A DNA stretch of 64,000 nt from Antedon mediterranea. Its lineage: Eukaryota; Animalia; Echinodermata. A program made the position numbers and the translations under genes. Position 1 is the stretch's first letter, and every line of letters starts with the position of its first letter. Positions 24,450-37,855 of this stretch are shown one piece after another. The stretch is taken from assembly GCF_964355755.1 (NCBI RefSeq), contig NC_092672.1:17869237-17933236 (forward strand), in the 5' to 3' direction. The notes beneath the pieces were generated by a model, which was given only the letters and a program-made list of their open reading frames with translations, was not told the DNA's origin and did not search any database.

Positions 24450-27400
24450 CTTTTACATTATTAGAAGATTCAGTTGAAACGGATATCCAGTCAACACTTT
24501 CATGTGGATTGAAAATAGGAAATTCAATTATACAGATTCCCAAAGGAAATTCTTGTCATGTAAATATTATAGTTTCTAACCGAACAAACAAAGATATTGT
24601 TATTGAAAGACGAACATAGTTAGGCACTTTATACTTCAACAAAATCAAATCTATTATTACCAAAGAAACTCAATCACCTGAGAAACCTGACCTTGACAAT
24701 GCCCATAATGTGAATGTGATCCAGATACTGATAGGGAGCCACCAATCGATTTGTCCCATCTATCAGATCAACAGAAGACAATTGTCAAACGCATGCTCAA
24801 AGAAGAAGCGAACGCATTTGCAAAAAAATGACCAAGATATGGGACAAATTGATGAACTCGAAATGAATATAAACTAAACGACACCACACCAGTCCAGCGA
24901 ACATATCAGTCGATTCCACGTCCACTGTATGAGGAAGTTAAGGATTACATTACTGATCTACTCAATCGTGGATGGATCCAAAAATCCACCTCTCCATATT
25001 CATCACCGATAGTCTTCGTACGGAAAAAAGATGGATCCCTCATACTGTGTATAGACTATCGACAATTAAACCTAAAGACCATTACAGATCGACAACCAAT
25101 TCCAGGAATTCAAGACATAGTGGATGGTTTGGGAGGACGCTGGCTGTTGGTTCTCTACACTAAACCAAGGTCTATGGATTCGCATTCCATTTGGCCTAAA
25201 CAAAGCCCCAGCTGTGTATCAACGGTATATGGAATATTGCCTCGCTGACCTAAATAATGAGATATGTACTGTGTACTTAGATGATGTCTTAATATATAGT
25301 TCAACATTTGAAGAACATGTCGACAGGGTTAGAAGAGTGTTAGCACGTATGCAGCAACATGGCATGAAGTTACGCCCTTCAAAATGCTCTTTCTTCCAGC
25401 CTAAAGTTAAGTATCTGGGTAGAATTGTTTCCAAAGATGGCTACTGTATTGACCAAAAAAAAAAACAGCAGCACTGGAAGCAATTAAGAACAAGAGACCA
25501 TCCACTGTTGGAGAAGTAGACCAGATAGTTGGCTTATTAGGATATTACCGTCGGTACATTCCAAACTTCTCTCGTCGTGCGAAAGCGTTGTATGATCTTT
25601 TGAAAACATCAAAACAAGACAACGAAACTAGCCAATCGACAAAACCGAAACGTAATCACAACAAGAGAAATAGAAAAAAACACATAAGTCCTAAAGAGTC
25701 CATTAGCTGAGAGAAACGCCACCAGAAGACTTTGAATTCATTAATTTCATGTTTGAATGAACCACCTATCATGGCATATCCTGATTTTTCACTTCCATTC
25801 ATTCTCCATACTGATGCTTCTCAAGAGGGTCTCGGCGCTGTATTATATCAAAAGCAACATGGTCACCCTCGTGTCATCGGCTATGGTTCACGAACTCTAT
25901 CACCGGCAGAGAAGAACTATCATCTGCACTCTGGGAAGTTAGAATTCTTAGCGTTGAAATGGGCCGTAACAGAAAAATTCAGAGATTATCTATATTATTC
26001 AAAAACATACGACCATATATGTAACAGGGTAACAGGTATGCTTATACCCAAATACTTGAATGATTTATCTGCTGAATCTGACTTGAATCTGAGAAACCTT
26101 GTGGGACCCATTAAAGTAAAAGCTGGAATGAGAAGTGACCATGCTATAAATAGATGAGTCACCTTATCCAAGTGGCGGGAAAATGGTCATGAATATTTAT
26201 TGTATAATGTTTCAGTATGGGTCAGTTCATAAATGGACAAGGGATTTTGTTAATTGATTGGCATTTTTAATAGTTTCTTATTTTGTGTAACCGAATTTAA
26301 ATTGATAATTGCATGTGTATGACTCAAGTTACAATACAATCGGTCTGTAAACTACGAAATAACGTTATGATAAATGTATATACCATCGGTTAAAAATTGT
26401 CATAGTACCTAACTGGGAATGGATGACACTTACTAGTGCCTAGGCCAAAGTGAAGGTTTTCATCTCCTTCCGACTGGTTACTAGGTAAGCATCTATATTT
26501 TTATCTCTCTTAATTTTAGAATTGTTTTACTACAGTTAATATAGTTGATTAGTTATTTGATTGTTATACTAGACACAACGCAATAGTAGCCTATACTGTC
26601 GTTAATGATACGATCGATCGATCACTGATATGTTATTTTAAATATAGTAACACTGTTTTTGTTATACAGTATCTTCTTCCAAATGGTTACTAGCTTCAAT
26701 AAAAGAATTTAACTTTTCCAAACCAAGAACTGTCTCTGTGGATGATTTTGTGTTTGTGCCAGTGCTGCAGCTCCGGAAAATACTACGCGATAAAGCTACG
26801 CGATAAAGCTACGACGCTATATAGTACGAACCTGTTACATATATACTGACAATAATCCATTGACCTATGTATTGACCACGGCCAAACTTAATGCTACGGG
26901 ACACCGCTGGGTAGCAGAATTAGCGGATTATCATTCAGATAAAATATAGACCAGGTCGAATACATCAGGATGCCGACACCTTGTCAAGAATCCCGCTTGA
27001 TCTAAAACAATTGGAAAAGTTGTGTTCGGAAGAAATATCTGAAGAGGTCATGCAAGCGGCAGTCCATGGTGTGAATGCTTAGGCAGAAGGCTTAACTACA
27101 TGGTCAGATCATAGATCCAGATATTGAGAAACCCTTAAGACCCTTAATTAATAACCTCTGCCCAGAAGATATAAAGACAGTTCTAACACAAGATCCAGCC
27201 ATTAATAGAGTCCTAAAGTATAAGGCCAAGGGGCGCTGGCCAACTCGAAAAGAAAGAAAGAACGAGACCAAAACAAAAACGTCAATCATGCATGAGTGGA
27301 AACAAGCTGCAAGTTGGACATGATGGTATTCTCCGACGCTGCACCACAACACGTTCTCAGATCGTCCTTCCAGAAAAATACAAACAGTTAGTATACACAG

Positions 27401-29030
27401 AATTGCATAGTAACATGGGACAACTTGGTCCAGAACGAGTTGTACATATGGCACGAGAGGGGTTTTATTGGCCACATATGGAAGCAGAAATAGAGGATTA
27501 CATCACATCTGCCGATGTCTGATCCAGAAGAAATCAGTTCGTATAACCAGAGCTCCTTTAGTCAATATCATTACGACTCAACCCTTTGAACTTGTTTCTA
27601 TCGATTATGTACACTTGAAAAAGAGCAAAGGCGGATATGAGTATATTTTAGTAATTATGGACCACTTTACTCGATTTGCGCAAGCATATCCGACAAGGAA
27701 TAAGAGCGGTAAAACTGCAGCCAACTTAATCTTCAATGACTTTATACTGCGATTTTGATTTCCAAAGACATTGCACCATGACCAGGGTCGGGAATTTGAA
27801 AATCACTTATTTACCAATCTTGAAGCTTACTCTGGGATCTAACATTCACGTACCCCACCTTATCACCCTCAAGGCAATGGCCAAGTGGAAAGGTTAAATC
27901 GAACGTTGCTTGGAATGCTACGAACCTTGTCCGAAAACCAGAAGGACAACTGGAAGGAATCACTCAATAAAGTTGTTCATGCTTATAACTGCACTCGCCA
28001 TGATTCAACAGGGTACTCACCGTTTTATCTACTCTACGGCAGACCTCCTTGTCTACCAATTGACATTGCCTTCGGGTTAGACAATCAAGACGATGGAAAG
28101 ACTGTTGACACACGAGAGTATGCACAACGATGGAACCAACAAATGAGAGAGGCCTATACATTAGCCGCAGAGAGTTCCAACAACAGTGCCAAAAGAAGTA
28201 AAACTCATTACGACATCTAAGCTAAAGGTGTACTTTTATTACCTTATTTGTTCGAAGGCTTGGGAAGACAGAAGGTCCTTCCAAAGCAGTGAGGATGAGG
28301 AGGAAGCAATGACGGTAACGTTTGGGAATCAAATCTAGACCAACACGGAATAGGAGATCCCCCCAGAACCACTACAGTATTATACATTAGGCACCCACAA
28401 TGGCCACCGTAAGTAAATAATGATCCACGCACTACCTCCACAATTTCCAGTTTATTTTTACAATCCGTCAAATCCATACCTATCGAATCCTCAACTTATT
28501 ATTTAGCAGTACATATCACTTATCAGAAAATGTTTGTAGTTATACGATTGTATAGATGACCAATTTCAGTTTTTTTAATTATCCAGTTATAGTAGATTTA
28601 GTTTTGAACATTTATTAACATCTAAGAAGATAGGCCTACTGTTAGAAGAGATGTGCGCGCACATGTAAGAAGAGATGAGCGTGCACATGATAAGAGCAGC
28701 TATGTTGGTAATATACAAAGAATGTCACACTTTATCGGGTGATCTGTTCTATGGCAAATGATCAATTTCAAGTGGACTGCAAAGCCCGGAAGCTTAACAT
28801 TAATTTGTTTTGTTTGTAAAGATTGTTGTATTATTTAGTAGCCTGATACAGAAAAAATAAGAATTGTGCAGTATTTGTTTCTTTCAAGTGGATATCTTTA
28901 TTTAAAGTTAGTAGACTCATTGTTGTTAGTTAAGGTTCCCTTTTAAGTTACGATGTCGGGGACACCATCACTTTGGCTGGGGAGAGTGTAAGCAGCACAG
29001 AAATTAGACCCCATAAATTTAGTTCAAAGA
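24450..29030 (+). mobile_element. Decayed Ty3/Gypsy LTR retrotransposon (RT-RNaseH-integrase, PPT, start of 3' LTR)
   Basis: [66 protein letters not shown]. Purine tract GGGGAGAG followed by TGTAAG at 28987. Many stops and frameshifts. Confidence 0.92.
26020..26839 (+). mobile_element. Solo LTR inserted in the Gypsy RNase H region
   Basis: TGTAACAGG...CCTGTTACA termini, TATA TSD, internal AATAAA. Removing it restores T-I-Y-T-D-N-N-P-L-T-Y. Confidence 0.85.
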
Positions 29031-29149
29031 CCTTTGAAGTATCACATGACCTCCTTCGCAGCTAAGGTTGGGTCTCTGGAATTTGACTTATCATTAAATA
29101 GTCCGATATTGAGACACCAACAAGTGCATTTACGTTGTGTATATTATTT

Positions 29150-29940
29150 CACATATCATTTTGGGACCTGGATAACATTAAGTATACATACAGTATACAC
29201 AGTATATATTGTATACATACTGCATAACAGTGTAGCATAGGTGAAATTACGGGGCTCGCCTTTTATTCCAATTTTTAACATGGTGATGTCATCAAAAAGA
29301 AACACAAAGATAGCAAATTGGGAATAAAATAATCTGAGCAATATATTAACATGTAGAAAGAGATTCGAATACGTAGAATAGAGATGCGCGCTCTTTTAAA
29401 TGTGATAACTATGAAGTTGCCCAGAATAGATCTGCGTCCGGCCCAGGGCAAACTTATCAATTGCCGACCCAGGGCCGACCCAGGGCCGGCCTAAATCGTA
29501 AGTGTAAATGGGGTCTATGATGCAAAAGATGAAACCAACTTTTTTTATTCAACTGGCCATATTATGATGACTTCACAACATCCGATTTTTATTTAAATGT
29601 GATGAGCTATGACGAAAGAGACAATCCTATATTTTATATTCGAGTGGCCATACAATGACGTCATAACATCCTAGGGGTAAAAATTCTACAACTTATCTTC
29701 TTCTTGCATAATAAGTTAACACAATTTGGGGTCACCTTTGATCCTGAAGAGCCATTATAATAGATTCAAAATAGACATTATTTTGACAATATTTTTGTAA
29801 CTTTTCAACTAAAACGCGCGCAAATGGTCTAAATCAACGTTTTCCTATGACATCATTTTAATTTGAAATGATGTCAATCTTTTTTTAAATAATGACTGCT
29901 AGGAAAGGGTGGAAAATCATAATTCAAGAAAAAAACACAC
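29150..29940 (-). repeat. Decayed HINE-like family A/B fragment
   Basis: ACAGTGTAGCATAGGTGAAATTACGGG is the reverse complement of CCCGTAATTTCACCTATGCTACACTGT in family B. Other blocks also match. Confidence 0.65.
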
Positions 29941-30724
29941 ATTATTCGGCGTTTCATTATTAATATATTATAACAAAGAATATATCACAAGAATGAGTAT
30001 TCCGCGATTTTTGCATGAGAAATTTGTAACAGAGAGCGCCAGTGAGTGATGCCCGCCCTCATAAGGGCGGATGTATACATACTAAATAAGACTTGATTTA
30101 ATAGATATTATACATGTCACATTAAATAGAATTATGATAATAGTTTTTGCAATTGTAAACTATTTTATAATACATATTTATTAACAAACTAGTGTACATT
30201 CACTTTTACAGACAATTATTTACTAACATGCTAAGTTAGTTCACAAAAAAGGCCTAACACAGCAACACCAAAAATCAATGAATCGTTACTCAGCACGGCC
30301 TATTCTTTACCATTGCCGTGTACTACTCTACGCCCGGTAAATTAAGTATTGTTTTTATGATATAAATTAGTATAAAATACATGTTATTAATAGGACAAAA
30401 TGTTAAATGTTATTAACATTTATTTGTTTTACCAGAAACAAGTTAAATATAGGAATATTATTAAACAATCTTTCGTGAAAACGCGTAAACAGCAACACGC
30501 CCGGTCACGCTATCGTAGCGCCCGGTTGATAAAGCAAACTGTTTATACGGCAGTTTTTACTAAATAAATTGCATAAAACGAACAATTAAATATCCAAATA
30601 GTATTTAACATGATGTTGGCATGTAGTTGATAACATTTGTTATCATGAAAATACTACCGGTGGTCTAGCCTTTGATTATTGAAACCGTCACAAAAAGTTG
30701 TATACATCCCAGATACATCCACAC

Positions 30725-30878
30725 TTATGGCGGCGCCCTACCACATGGACAATATTACTGTTACAGGGAAAATCGCGGAATACTCATTCTTGTGATATAT
30801 TCTTTGATTATAATAAGTCCATAGTTTTTGGAAGCGCCAACAACGGGAGCTTTTGGTTTTTGCAAAACAACATGGCGA
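30725..30878 (+). promoter_or_regulatory. Putative TBL2 promoter/5' UTR with YY1-like motifs
   Basis: TTATGGCGGC at ~30725 and CAACATGGCG overlapping the ATG. Motif match only. Confidence 0.3.
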
Positions 30879-31022
30879 GTAACGTGGCTGGGGATGATGC
30901 TTCTACAGAAAGCGTACCAGTTTTTGTTTTAACAGCTGCGGTTGGGGCCATAGTTTTAGTTCTTATATTTTTATGTGGAGCGGGAAGAGGTGGGGATAAA
31001 CAAGAAAAACATAAAGAAGATG
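30872..31022 (+). CDS. TBL2: Transducin beta-like 2 homolog, coding exon 1 (hydrophobic membrane anchor)
   Basis: AACATGG start. MASNVAGDDASTESVPVFVLTAAVGAIVLVLIFLCG...KED has one TM-like stretch followed by charged residues. Phase-1 donor G|GTAT is in frame with exon 2. Confidence 0.8.
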
Positions 31023-31549
31023 GTATATTTAATTTTTTATGAAGATTATTGTTTTGGCCTAGGCCTAGCCTAGGCCTAGTATTTGGAGTAGTCTAATAGG
31101 GAGTATGGTCGAAGCGGCCGCCAACGAAAGCGGCCGCCAGTTTAATATCGTCATTTGTATGGAACGCCATGTGCGCTTTAATCTTTGATTGTCGTTGTCA
31201 ACGCCATGGCCTATGGCGAGTTGATTTACAGCTGTATGTATGGTCAAACCAATAAATATAAGTCAAATCATGTACTATCGAATCTTTATATTTCTATAAT
31301 AATTAATTTTGCCTGCCAATAAATCAATGTATATTTTATTTGTATTTTAATATTAACTAACTAAATATATTTACATATACTATCAAATCATTAATAATTT
31401 ACGTTTGCATCATAATCTACATACTATTGAACCTTTATGTCTCATTTACGTACTATTTATTTGTTTATTTATATCTCTTTTTTTTTTAAATACGTTGGCA
31501 GTGAAGGGAAAAAATAACGTTGAACTGACCCGACATTTCTTGAGCACTC

Positions 31550-31812
31550 TCCTATCGAATCTTTATACAGTATTACATTAATAATTTACGTACGGTATTG
31601 TCGAATTTTTATATCTCATTTACATAAGTCTATCGAATCTTCATACAGTATTGCATTAATAATTTACGTACAGTATTGCCGAATCTTTATATCTCATTTA
31701 CATACTAATCTTTATACAGTATTGCATTAATAATTTACGTACGGTATTGCCGAATCTTTATATCTCATTTACATACTAATCTTTATACAGTATTGCATTA
31801 ATAATTTACGTA
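31550..31812 (+). repeat. Minisatellite (70-75 bp unit), left part
   Basis: TACTATCGAATCTTTATACAGTATTGCATTAATAATTTACGTACGGTATTG... units. The array continues in register at 36548. Confidence 0.9.
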
Positions 31813-32778
31813 CAGTACCAGACAGAATTATTGCAGATTTTGAACGCATTCAACGCATTGTTAAAGTGTTGACAACGCGTTGAAACTGCGTTGTCCGTTG
31901 GCGTTGAAAGTGTTGAGTTCGTTGAACTGTTTATTCAACCAACACAATGTGTTGCGTTGAGTTTGCGTTGAAATAACGAACAATCGGATTCGTATGGTAT
32001 TTACAGATTGCCAGTGTGTATTAGTACAGTAGTAGTATACAGTATTACAAATATTTAAGAAAACAAACATAATGTGTATTTTTCCGCGGAAACCTAGCTT
32101 AATATGTTACACTAGGCTAGGCCTACTACTAACGTGAGGGACGAACTGATCGAAAGGTGAAGAGTTCATTCATTATGAAATAACGCGTAATTAAAAGGGA
32201 AAAAATCGTTTAGTTTTATTATTATCCATAAATATATCATTATCATGTATTACGGTATATTATAAATTAATTATTGTGATGCCTAACGTAACCCATGCAG
32301 AGAAAAGCGTTAAATATAATAACCAAGAAATAGGAATGACCAATTTGATGACAATAGGCAATGTTAGGCGTTTTCTTTAAAATCAAAACCTGTGCCATAC
32401 CATATTATTCACGCCAAGGTGTAACCCACAAATATTTGAATAACCAAACAATTCAGAATAAAGAACCACTTTATTCTGATGCAAGACAATATATTATTAC
32501 AGGCGAGGTTTAGGCGTTTTCTCTTTAACATACTATTGTTTCTTAATATAATTATATTGGCCTCCTCCTGAAACTGTATGAATGGGATGGGAGTTGCGAG
32601 AATATGCGAGCGAACAGCCAACATTTTAATCAGTTTACAGTGTGATGCTTTTCAAAACGCGCAACGTTTTCAACGCGTTCAATGCTATGGGATTCAATTG
32701 TTTAACGTCGTCAATGAACGGTCAACGGGTTCAACACATTCAACACGCTCTATTGTTAACGTATTCAAAACGCTTGTT

Positions 32779-35778
32779 CAGGGCTCGCAGAATCCTAAAA
32801 TATTTGGTTGCCCTTCGGGCAAGTAGGTTTTGGATTTTGGTTGCCCTCATCATTTTTTTACTTGCCCACTATTTTAGCTTAATTTTAACGTTTTATACTG
32901 CGACTGCACCGCGAAAAAACGTCGGTGAAAAACGACTATGCTTAATACACTGTGGTGTTTTTTTCGATGGATTTTAAAGTAGTGAAAACAATTTTTCAAA
33001 TTTTTTCAATTACACAGTGATGTAGGTCGATCTTTTAAGAACATTTTACAGTAATTTATTTTCTCATACGATCCTCCGTACAAGAGTTGCGATTGTTTAA
33101 TTAACATGGTGTCCTGAAATCCCTTGAAAACGCTATGTTATTTCTGTTGGTTACGCTTCGTTGCACGGCATTGTTTGTCATCGATCGAAGATGTGTTCCG
33201 TTTCGTGAATGAATTCATGTGGGTTTACTTTGGGAGCAAAAACGTTTTGCTTCTATTGTGCAATGAAATTCCGAAATCAAACTATTTTGCGATATTTAAA
33301 ATGTAGTGGCCTAGACGCGATTTTTTTTTTCGTACATAAGTTGGGGACCCCCTCATGAAACGTCACAAAATAAACATGAATAATTCATCAGTTAAATTTT
33401 CTTGTTCCGTGTGCACCCAAGCGTATAGCAACAAGAAGTGATTACACAAGTGCGGTACGATTCTAGGCCTATCTCCGCTGTTGAAGAATAGCGGCGTTTT
33501 GTGTGGATTGTCGAAATAATCGGCCTTTAGTTTATGGTGTTTTTTAATATAATTTATTACTAAAGAATTACCTGTTAAAATTATAGTTTCTATTGATACT
33601 ATTAGGCCTAATTATTAGTCTCTAAACCCATGTCTATTCTAGTAGTAGCTGTGTGGATGTGTGTGACGTGTGTGTGTGTGTGTTAGGTATGACCAAAGAT
33701 AGTTACACTATCTTTGGTATGACACAATCCGAGTAATAAGTCAGCAAAATTAAACAATAAACATTACACAAAAATACATTTTTTTATTCTCGTGGGTCAA
33801 ATCTTCCCATCTCATGTGTTCATATACGCGCATTTTTAAAGTTCCTTTGAGTACATTGCATATTGTTTGATAATTGATAGCAGAATTTAAAAAATACAGT
33901 ACACAAATTATACACATTCTTTATTCTTGTGGGTCTAAGCTTTCTTTGGGCTATGTCCAAGAACGCTTGGGTGCACACGGAACAACAACTGCGATACGAT
34001 TCTTTCTACAATAATAGGACTAGTATAGGATTCTAGGTCAATTCACGTGATTGCCTTCGCGCACTCTTCTTCACACACACGTCCACTATGCAAAATGTGT
34101 CGAGGCTAATCGACAGCTAGGCAAAACATTAAACTAAGTAGTAATTGGACATAGCCCAAAGACACAAGTCACACACACCCACACAGCTACTACTAGAATA
34201 TACAGGGGTTTAGAGACACACAAAACTCCGCTATTCTATTATGAAATCAGCGGAGATAGGCCTAGAATCGTACCGCACTTGTGTAATCACTTCTTGTTGC
34301 TATACGCTTGGGTGCACACGGAACAAGAAAATTTAACTGATGAATTATTCATGTTTATTTTGTGACGTTTCACGATGGGGTCCCCAACTTATGTACGAAA
34401 AAAAAAATCGCGGCCTAGACATGGCACTAATTATCTTACAATTATTTAATAGATATATCTAAAATATTGCCTATAGAAATGTAGGCCTCCTAGGCCTAAA
34501 AAGTTTAAACAAAGTACTTATGAAGGTGATGAGCTTGTAACGCGTTGAAATCATAGAGAAGAAAAAAAAAACAAACATCAACTGACGTCCGTCTACGTGA
34601 CGTGAAACAATACGCATGCGTATAGCAAAAAACCTCACAGCAGCTGCCGTACGTAGTAGGAGCACATGGGTATGGTGTGTGGAGAGTGCGGGCTTGTGGA
34701 AGTTTACTTGTTGTTTCAGTAGAAGCTCGCACAGGTTGGATAAAAACAACCATCTGCTCGCACAAGTTGGTGATTGAAAACAACAGAAGGGAACTGTGCC
34801 GAATTGTGGTGAAAACCACGTGCTCCGCCAAGTTGGAGTTTTTGAAAGTTCAACTCTCGGCGATACCCGAAGAAGTGTATTATTTTCAATGTTGATAATA
34901 AAAAATATACTGTAACTATTTAAGTATTCAATGTATTTATTAAATAAATTATTAGGCCTATTAAATTTATATTCTGTAATATTTATAAAAAAAATGGTAG
35001 GCCTACTTGCCTGTGTTAAAAACATCGGCCGCCGCCTATTTGGCACAGACAATTAAAATTACGTATCTATTATAATTTAATAATATACTGTATTTTCAAT
35101 ACAACTGTACATTTGAACAATAATTACAGTAATTCAGCAAATTATTTATTACACACAAAATACATAACATGAATGTAATTAAACATAGGCCTAATCTACT
35201 ATCAGGCTGTAGGCCACATAATTAATACTAAGTAGTAGATTCAGATTTTATTACCACCGTAAAATGATGTCGATAATTGAGAAAAACAAAAACATACTAG
35301 CCCCTATTTTATTTGGTTTATAGTATAACTAGGGAGTTGTTAATTAGAAACTCCCTGGTATAATAACTTCAAATAAGTTAAAAGCCGAGAGTTCAACGCT
35401 TCCTATTTCGCGATCAATGGATGCCGCAAGAGACCGCGTGCTATATGACAGACCTGGAAACTCTATACGCAACGACTTGATACGCCCGACTGCATAGAAA
35501 CACATGTTTTGGCTCCTGGAGATAACGTTCCATACCACCGAATTCCGATCCATACATTTACTTAACAAACACTACACTGGTCTCGACGTCAAGAGAATTC
35601 GTTCGTGCGCGACTATTATTTTCATTGTTACAGTTTTTCACAACCCCTGTAAAACATCGTGGACATTTTCGGTGATTTTAAGAGGTTGCCCGTCGGGACA
35701 TGACATGTTAAATTTTAGTTGCCCGACGTATTTATTTGGTTGCCGCGGGACGTCGGGCAAGCGATTCTGCGAGCCCTG
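32779..35778. mobile_element. hAT-like element with 5-bp TSD, nested
   Basis: Perfect 16-bp TIR CAGGGCTCGCAGAATC, TTGTT on both sides, GGTTGCCC subterminal repeats. Confidence 0.85.
33311..34418. repeat. Near-perfect ~170-bp inverted repeat pair inside the hAT-like element
   Basis: 33311-33480 versus 34248-34418, plus a second pair at ~33618-33670 / 34170-34218. Confidence 0.85.
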
Positions 35779-36547
35779 TTGTTGTACTTAAAAATGTAAT
35801 GTTGTTCGATTTATAAAGATTTAAATTGGTTCATGGGTGTCGGACACGTCAAATTTTTTAGTTCTTTCAAATTACATTACAACAAACAATGGGACAATTA
35901 TAAAATAAAAACCAAAATAGAGAAACAATATTTTAACTTTATCTCTTGAATCTCGAACAGCTAAAAAATGTAGGCCTAAATAAAATTAATTACTTCGTCG
36001 TCATTAACGATCGTTAAATACGTCATAACACACGTGGTGTTTTTCTTGAGGAAACCAGGGTGGCGGCCTCGTGTGTTGATGTCAGTAATTTCCACGTTGT
36101 TTGATTTTACGACGTGAGATCGTGTTTTCCCCCGGAAGGCCTACAGTACAGTGTTAACTGTTAGACTTGGCATCGACCTTATTATTCGATGTTTTCCTTC
36201 ACTAAACACTGGGAAATATCACTGTGTGTTTTATTTGGTAACTGTCCGTTCAATACTTAAAAATATATCTAAGCTTCATATATATTTTATTTATATTAAA
36301 ATATCTGGTAGTGACTGCCGATAGGTATTTTGCCTGTTGTTGTTACTGATCGTTCAGGCGTGCAATCGGCCAGTCTAGCGCTGCAGCAGCTAGCGTTTAA
36401 ATAACTAATTGTTTACTTGACATGCTGATAATGACTTTCGTTGAATAAACAACTAAACGTTGAAAGCCGTTCAACGCAACGCAAACACAACGCAACGACA
36501 ACGTGTTGAATGCGTTGGGATTTTTGCAATAATTCTGTCCTGTACTG

Positions 36548-36945
36548 TAAGGTATTGCCGAATATTTATATCTCGTTTACATACTATCGAATCTTTATAC
36601 AGTATTGCAATAATAATTTACGTACGGTATTGTCGAATCTTTATATCTAATTTACATACTATCAAATCTTCATACAGTATTGCATTAATAATTTACGTAC
36701 GGTATTGTCGAATCTTTATATCTCATTTACTGTACATACTATCGAATCTTCATACAGTATTGCATTAATAATTTACATACGGTATTGCCGATTCTTTATA
36801 TCTCATTTACATACTATCGAATCTTTTTACAGTAATGCATTAATAATTTACGTAAGGTATTTCCGAATCTTTATATCTCATTTACATACTATCGAATCTT
36901 TATACAGTATTGCATTAATAATTTACGTAACAGTATTGCCGAATA
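36548..36945 (+). repeat. Minisatellite (75-bp unit, ~5 copies), right part
   Basis: Unit starts at 36582 and 36657, etc. Confidence 0.9.
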
Positions 36946-37514
36946 CTAACTAACTAAACGGCAACCTGCTTCTGCCTAGTTTTCAAGTCATTTTAGCATG
37001 ATGTTATACTAAATATGATGAAAAGATTTGTTCATTATGGCGCTTCGATAAAATTTCATTTCTAAACGTTTACGTAATTGGAATAGTATTTATTTATACA
37101 GTAGTTATACGCACGATCGCCGTACCCCAAACGCAAGCCCTTCTTTTGGTGTGGTGGCCACATGGACGGTATTCGACTAGTATATTCTCCAGGTGATTAT
37201 AGCATGGACCTAGCGTACACACTTCTCAGATACATAGATACTAATCGAATACGATTTTCCGTGAAAACGTGCGCCCTCTCGAAATGATCGAGCGAGGCTA
37301 GCCCACACACGTGCGTGTTACACACACGGTCATGCACTCGATGTTCCGGCGAAACTCATGAATAACAAGTTAGAAAGAACTTGTTGAGGCTGGGCGCGGC
37401 CGAGCCTTGGTAAAAAAAACCTAAATAAAGGATGGCGTTGTAGATATAAAAAAATATATATTATTACAATGATATTGATTACAATTTAAAAAAACATTGT
37501 TTTGATGAAATATA

Positions 37515-37619
37515 ATGTGCGTCTTATACATCGACGATATAAAAAATACCGATATTTTACTCTCAGTTAGGGGGTGCGTCTTATACACAGGTGCGACTTA
37601 TACACCGAAATATACGGTA
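37515..37619. mobile_element. One end of a pogo/Tigger-like element
   Basis: GTGCGTCTTATAC repeats ending ATATACGG-TA. Partner end not found. Confidence 0.45.
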
Positions 37620-37855
37620 GATAAAAAACATGCGCGAAGAAAACAATTATGTACGATTAAAAATAGTAGTATTATTTATAAATAATGCTTCCTAGTAATT
37701 TACAAATTGGTCCTCCGTCAGTCAAAATTTACTCATTATTAATTTTGCACACCTTGTTACCGCACAAAAAGAAAATCGTAGGGTTGTTGAACTGCTTTTT
37801 TTTTCCGACCTCATTATGAAATGCGTGGGCTGGCGGAGTAGTCGCCGACCACCAC

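Larger units (their letters stand above)
31813..36547. mobile_element. Tc1/mariner-type non-autonomous element splitting the minisatellite
   Basis: TIR CAGTAC..GACAGAATTATTGCA, TA TSD, CAACGC/GCGTTG subterminal motifs. Removing it restores TTACG-TA-AGGTATTGCC. Confidence 0.8.

Noticed and set aside
28240-28500. Segment interrupting the Gypsy integrase tail (77-aa minus-strand ORF)
   Set aside because: It looks foreign to the Gypsy sequence, but I could not identify ends, a TSD or a protein family.
30698-30871. Upstream extension of TBL2 exon 1
   Set aside because: Starts at a non-ATG codon; the ATG at 30872 has good context.
34471-35052. 193-aa ORF and overlapping ORFs
   Set aside because: Low-complexity, no recognisable domain, non-ATG start, and inside a non-autonomous transposon.
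36460-36953. Repetitive ORFs (YVRYCRIFIS...) and CRISPR-like periodicity
   Set aside because: Translation of a 75-bp minisatellite with no spacers.
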